DNA of 52,300 bases, taken from NCBI GenBank assembly GCA_041752695.1, contig JBGSVZ010000029.1, forward strand, positions 1 to 52,300, written 5' to 3'. Numbering within the stretch: the stretch's first letter is position 1; each line of letters opens with the position of its first letter. A program made the translations under genes and the position numbers. The DNA comes from Terrimicrobiaceae bacterium. GTDB lineage: Bacteria; Verrucomicrobiota; Verrucomicrobiia; Chthoniobacterales; Terrimicrobiaceae. This document shows positions 48,657 to 52,300 of the stretch, piece by piece. The notes under the pieces were generated by a model. That model was not told the DNA's origin. It ran no database searches and was given only the letters and a program-made list of their open reading frames with translations.

Positions 48657-49112
48657 TCAGCGGAAATACATCCGCATCGGCACCATACCGCTTTCGACGA
48701 AGCCGTTTTTCAGATAAAACTGCAGCGAGCGCTGATTTGGCCGGTCGGTCAGCAAAGTGATACGGAGAAAGTCCTTTTTCTTCGCAAAATCGATCGCGTA
48801 ATCCAGCAACTGAGAGCCGTAACCCTGGCCTCGATGGTCCTGATGCACCACCAAATCCTCCAGCAGGAGGACAAACCCGCCCTCGGCCGTGCTGATGGTG
48901 ATCAACAAATTGATCATCCCAATGATCTTGCTGGCACTGCGCATCACGAACACCCGACCGCGCGACGGCTGTTCCAAAATCAATCGGAGCCCGCGCATAT
49001 TTTTGTCCCGGTCGGGCACAAAGTCCTCCTCCTGGGAGAAGAGGTCGAAAAGGAGGTCCGCCAATTCCGGCAGGTCGTCGAGGGTGGCGGGTTCGATGCG
49101 CAGGTTTTCCAT
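48657..49112 (-). CDS. GNAT family N-acetyltransferase
   Basis: 'LEDLVVHQDHRGQGYGSQLL', 'N..SLQFY.KNGF'. Confidence 0.9.
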   Translation of the reverse strand: MENLRIEPATLDDLPELADLLFDLFSQEEDFVPDRDKNMRGLRLILEQPSRGRVFVMRSASKIIGMINLLITISTAEGGFVLLLEDLVVHQDHRGQGYGSQLLDYAIDFAKKKDFLRITLLTDRPNQRSLQFYLKNGFVESGMVPMRMYFR

Positions 49113-49177
49113 CCAGCCGACCAATATAGCGGTTTTCCGGGAAAAGGGAAAGCAGGGAGTGTCAGGGAATTGCCGTG

Positions 49178-50914
49178 CTACGAACGCCCAAACTTCCGAT
49201 CCAGCTCGGTAAAGGAAAATTGGATCATCGTCGGTCGACCCGAAGGTGCAGCATAAGGCAACTCGCACCGCAGCAACTCCCGCACCAGCCCCTTGGCACG
49301 CTCTTCCCCGCCGCGGAATTTTTCTTCGGCGGAAAGCCGGGAGACGGACCGCGCCAGCGCCTCCCGCAGGCCTCGTCCGCGGGTCAATTTTCCCGCTGCC
49401 CGTAAGGTTGCCGCGATGTCGTGCAGGAGGCGTTCCGGCTCGCGATCCCCCGCCGAGGCCGGCAGACCCTCGATCTTCAGCGTCGATCCGCCGAAGGGCT
49501 CGAGCAGAAACCCGGCCGCCTGGAGATCTTCCAAATGATCCACCACCCAAGCATGTTCCCGCACCGGCATCTCCACCACCACGGGCATCAACAGCCGCTG
49601 ACTGGGCGCGCCCCCCTCGTCGATCTGCCGCATCAGGGTTTCAAAATAAATACGCTCCGCCGCCGCTTTCGTGTCCAGCAGGACCAGCCCTTCATCCCCC
49701 TCCAAAACGAGATACCCCTCCCCCATCATTCCCAGCAGACGGAATCGATCCTCCGGCACCGGAGAAAGCGGAATTCCGGTCGGCGTTTCCCGCTCCTCAC
49801 CCTCGGACCGAACGTCGGCAAAAGCCACCGGTTGGGACACGGGAAGTTCCGTCTGGGGAGCCACCGGAGCAAAAACCGGAGCCGCCAGGGGCGCTCGACT
49901 GGCAGGCCGCGCCAAACCCTCCCGCGCTCGGGCCAGGGCGCTTCGCCCGGCCTCAAAGACCGCCTGACGCAGCGCTTCGGGAAAACGCAGGCGCACCTCG
50001 CGTTTGGCCGGATGCACATTGCAATCCACGAGGTCGGTATTCATCTCAATGAAAAGCACGCTCAGCGGATGTTCCCCTCTCTCCAACGCCCCCGCATAAG
50101 CCTCGCGGAGGGGTTGTTGGACGGCCGGACACACGATTGGGCGGCCATTCAAAATGACAAACTGCTGCAACCGGTCCCGCCGGCCCTCACCCGGCCGGGC
50201 CAGAAATCCCGTCAGGCGAAACCCCTCCCCCTCACCGGGCTCGATTTCCACCAACCGGGCCAGGTGCGCGGCTCCCAACAGGTCCTTGATCCGCACCGCC
50301 AGACTCTCCGCCCGCGGCAGCGTGAAGACCGGCTTGCCGTCGCGCCGACACTCAAAAGCCACTCCCGGATTGGCCAGGGCAACACCATGCAGGCCCTGAA
50401 TAATATGAGCCGATTCGGTTTCCTCGCCCCGGAGAAATTTCCGGCGGGCAGGCAAATTGTAAAATAATTCCCTCACCTCGATCTGCGTGCCGGGGGGAGC
50501 GCCGGTCTCGCGGACCGATTCGACTTTTCCCCCTGCCACCAGGATCTCGGTCCCCACGTCGGCCCCGTGCTCACGCGTCACCAACCGAAACCGCGACACG
50601 CTTGCAATACTCGGCACAGCCTCGCCCCGGAACCCCATCGTCCGCACCCCCGCCAGATCCGTGCCTGTGCGGATTTTGCTCGTGGCATGGCGCTCGAGAC
50701 ACAGCAAAGCATCCTCACGATCCATCCCGCAGCCGTCGTCCCGCACCGCGACCAACCGGGATCCCCCCCGCACGTATTCCACCGTGATCCGCCCCGCCCC
50801 GGCATCGAGGCTGTTCTCCACCAGTTCCTTGACCAGCGAAGCCGGTCGCTCGACAACCTCGCCGGCGGCCACCTGGCTGGCGACATCATCTGGAAGAACA
50901 CGAATTTTACCCAT
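49178..50914 (-). CDS. mutL: DNA mismatch repair protein MutL
   Basis: 'AAGEVVERPASLVKELVENSLDAG', 'HATSKI', 'GFRGEA', 'DCNVHPAKREV'. Confidence 0.96.
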   Translation of the reverse strand: MGKIRVLPDDVASQVAAGEVVERPASLVKELVENSLDAGAGRITVEYVRGGSRLVAVRDDGCGMDREDALLCLERHATSKIRTGTDLAGVRTMGFRGEAVPSIASVSRFRLVTREHGADVGTEILVAGGKVESVRETGAPPGTQIEVRELFYNLPARRKFLRGEETESAHIIQGLHGVALANPGVAFECRRDGKPVFTLPRAESLAVRIKDLLGAAHLARLVEIEPGEGEGFRLTGFLARPGEGRRDRLQQFVILNGRPIVCPAVQQPLREAYAGALERGEHPLSVLFIEMNTDLVDCNVHPAKREVRLRFPEALRQAVFEAGRSALARAREGLARPASRAPLAAPVFAPVAPQTELPVSQPVAFADVRSEGEERETPTGIPLSPVPEDRFRLLGMMGEGYLVLEGDEGLVLLDTKAAAERIYFETLMRQIDEGGAPSQRLLMPVVVEMPVREHAWVVDHLEDLQAAGFLLEPFGGSTLKIEGLPASAGDREPERLLHDIAATLRAAGKLTRGRGLREALARSVSRLSAEEKFRGGEERAKGLVRELLRCELPYAAPSGRPTMIQFSFTELDRKFGRS

Positions 50915-51022
50915 CGGTGATGACCCCCAATTTTCACGGTTCCCCGCCCGTTGTCACGCCTCACCCGAAACCGGCCACCATGCAAATTTGACTTCGCACC
51001 AATTCGTTCATAAGAAGGAGGC

Positions 51023-51367
51023 GTGATTGTATTGACCGCCAGCGCCGCCGCGCAACTCAAGGTACTCGTCGGAGACAAGGGCCTCGACCCTGTCACAACC
51101 GGCCTCCGCCTCGCCGTGGAACGGGGGGGCTGCGCCGGTCTCCAATACAACATGGGCATCAACCCCGCGGAACCGGGGGACCTGACCATCGAACGCGACG
51201 GAGCCCGCCTTTTTGTGGCCCAAGACAGCCTCACCTACCTCGAAGGCTGCGAGATTGATTACGAAGATGGCTTGTCGGGCACGGGATTTCGCGTAAAAAA
51301 CCCGCACGCCACGCGCAGCTGCGGATGCGGAACCTCATTCGAGCCCGCTGAAAAAGCCGGCGCCTGA
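51023..51367 (+). CDS. A-type Fe-S cluster carrier (IscA/HesB family)
   Basis: 'GGCAGLQY', 'NPHATRSCGCGTSF'. Confidence 0.93.
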   Translation: MIVLTASAAAQLKVLVGDKGLDPVTTGLRLAVERGGCAGLQYNMGINPAEPGDLTIERDGARLFVAQDSLTYLEGCEIDYEDGLSGTGFRVKNPHATRSCGCGTSFEPAEKAGA

Positions 51368-51379
51368 TTCGAATCCCGC

Positions 51380-52300
51380 ATGTCCGGTCAACCCAAACGC
51401 ATGGACTCCCGCAGTCGCAATGATCTCTCCCTCCGGGGCGACGACAACGCGCCCGCCAAGGACGGCAGCCTCTTTATCTGGGCGGTCGTCATCCTGCTCC
51501 TCATCGGACTCGCCATCGCCTGCTGGATCTTCAGCTTTTACGTCTTCGGTCACCCTGAAAAGCCCTTCAGCTACTCCATCCTGAGTAAGCTGAAAAAACT
51601 CGAGGCGCCCAAACGTTTCGAACTGACCACCGCCCCCCGGGGCGATTTTCTTTCCGCTCAGCAGCTCTGGGACCGCTATAACACGATGAGCAATCGTGAA
51701 CTCGATCGCGCCAGCGAAGATTTGCTCCGCAACTACCTGCGCAACTACAAACTCTCCAAAGATCCCGTCCCCTACGTCGTAGGCACCTACAACATTCTCG
51801 ATTCCTACGAGTTGACGGATACCAACCTTTTCCCCTCGGGCGTTGTCGCCTTGGTCCAGTCCACCGACGCGCCCCAAGTCCTGCTTGAACAGGTCTTCAC
51901 CGCTGACAAAAAAGTCATTCCCGTCCTGCACCGCATGCTCCTTACCGGCCTCGATCTCCGGCTGGATCGCAATAATGAAATTTCCGCGCTCATCAATGTG
52001 AAACGTCTCGAGGATGGACGCCTCCTTTTCACCTCCGTCCCGTTGCTCTATGCCAGCTACGCGTCCAGCACCGGTCCCGGCGTTTTTTCCCTGGAACCCC
52101 CCACCCGGCTGAATATGGAAGCGGGCCTGCCTGTCATCAAAGCCGCCGGGCTGGCTGAGGCCGAACAAAAATATTCCTCACACCGCCTGCGGGCCGGCCT
52201 GCCCGCCTCGGGAGACGCGCCCAAGCGGCCGCAAAATCAGCTGGTCCGCGTCGAACGGCCAAAACCGGTCGGAGGAGGCACTCCGGTGCCCGCACCCGAG
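51380..52300 (+). CDS. Hypothetical membrane-anchored protein, 3'-truncated by the window
   Basis: Not in the ORF track (no stop in the window); reads MSGQPKRMDS...LFIWAVVILLLIGLAIACWIFSFYVFGHPEKPFSY... Confidence 0.75.
   Translation, partial: MSGQPKRMDSRSRNDLSLRGDDNAPAKDGSLFIWAVVILLLIGLAIACWIFSFYVFGHPEKPFSYSILSKLKKLEAPKRFELTTAPRGDFLSAQQLWDRYNTMSNRELDRASEDLLRNYLRNYKLSKDPVPYVVGTYNILDSYELTDTNLFPSGVVALVQSTDAPQVLLEQVFTADKKVIPVLHRMLLTGLDLRLDRNNEISALINVKRLEDGRLLFTSVPLLYASYASSTGPGVFSLEPPTRLNMEAGLPVIKAAGLAEAEQKYSSHRLRAGLPASGDAPKRPQNQLVRVERPKPVGGGTPVPAPE

Overview
GC-rich bacterial chromosomal segment, most likely Verrucomicrobiota (Spartobacteria/Chthoniobacterales-like); this is inferred from the PEP-CTERM proteins and gene content, not from a marker gene. 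The housekeeping backbone comprises trpS, a minus-strand sigma54-regulator/aminotransferase-IV/mfd/surA/pdxA/yraN run, larB, a GNAT, mutL and an IscA-type gene. Accessory content: (i) a membrane pseudokinase-FGE-domain protein with a coupled exported partner; (ii) a divergent UxaE-like epimerase with a candidate operator; (iii) a nucleotidyltransferase plus small ORF pair resembling a toxin-antitoxin module; (iv) a purine/ureide catabolic cluster of dodecin, ureidoglycine aminohydrolase, a plant-type ureidoglycolate amidohydrolase and a single-chain xanthine dehydrogenase carrying an in-frame 60-bp REPIN-like insert; (v) two PEP-CTERM surface proteins; (vi) a ~17-kb envelope sulfatase island with three Cys-type sulfatases, FGE, a HAD phosphatase, a DUF1254/1214 lipoprotein, an NTF2-like protein, a Gly/Ser-rich protein, a beta-barrel, an antiporter and an AraC regulator, containing a chimeric FGE/MmeI-like deletion scar. 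I saw no rRNA, tRNA, CRISPR array or transposase. All family calls come from motif recognition by eye; no database searches were run.
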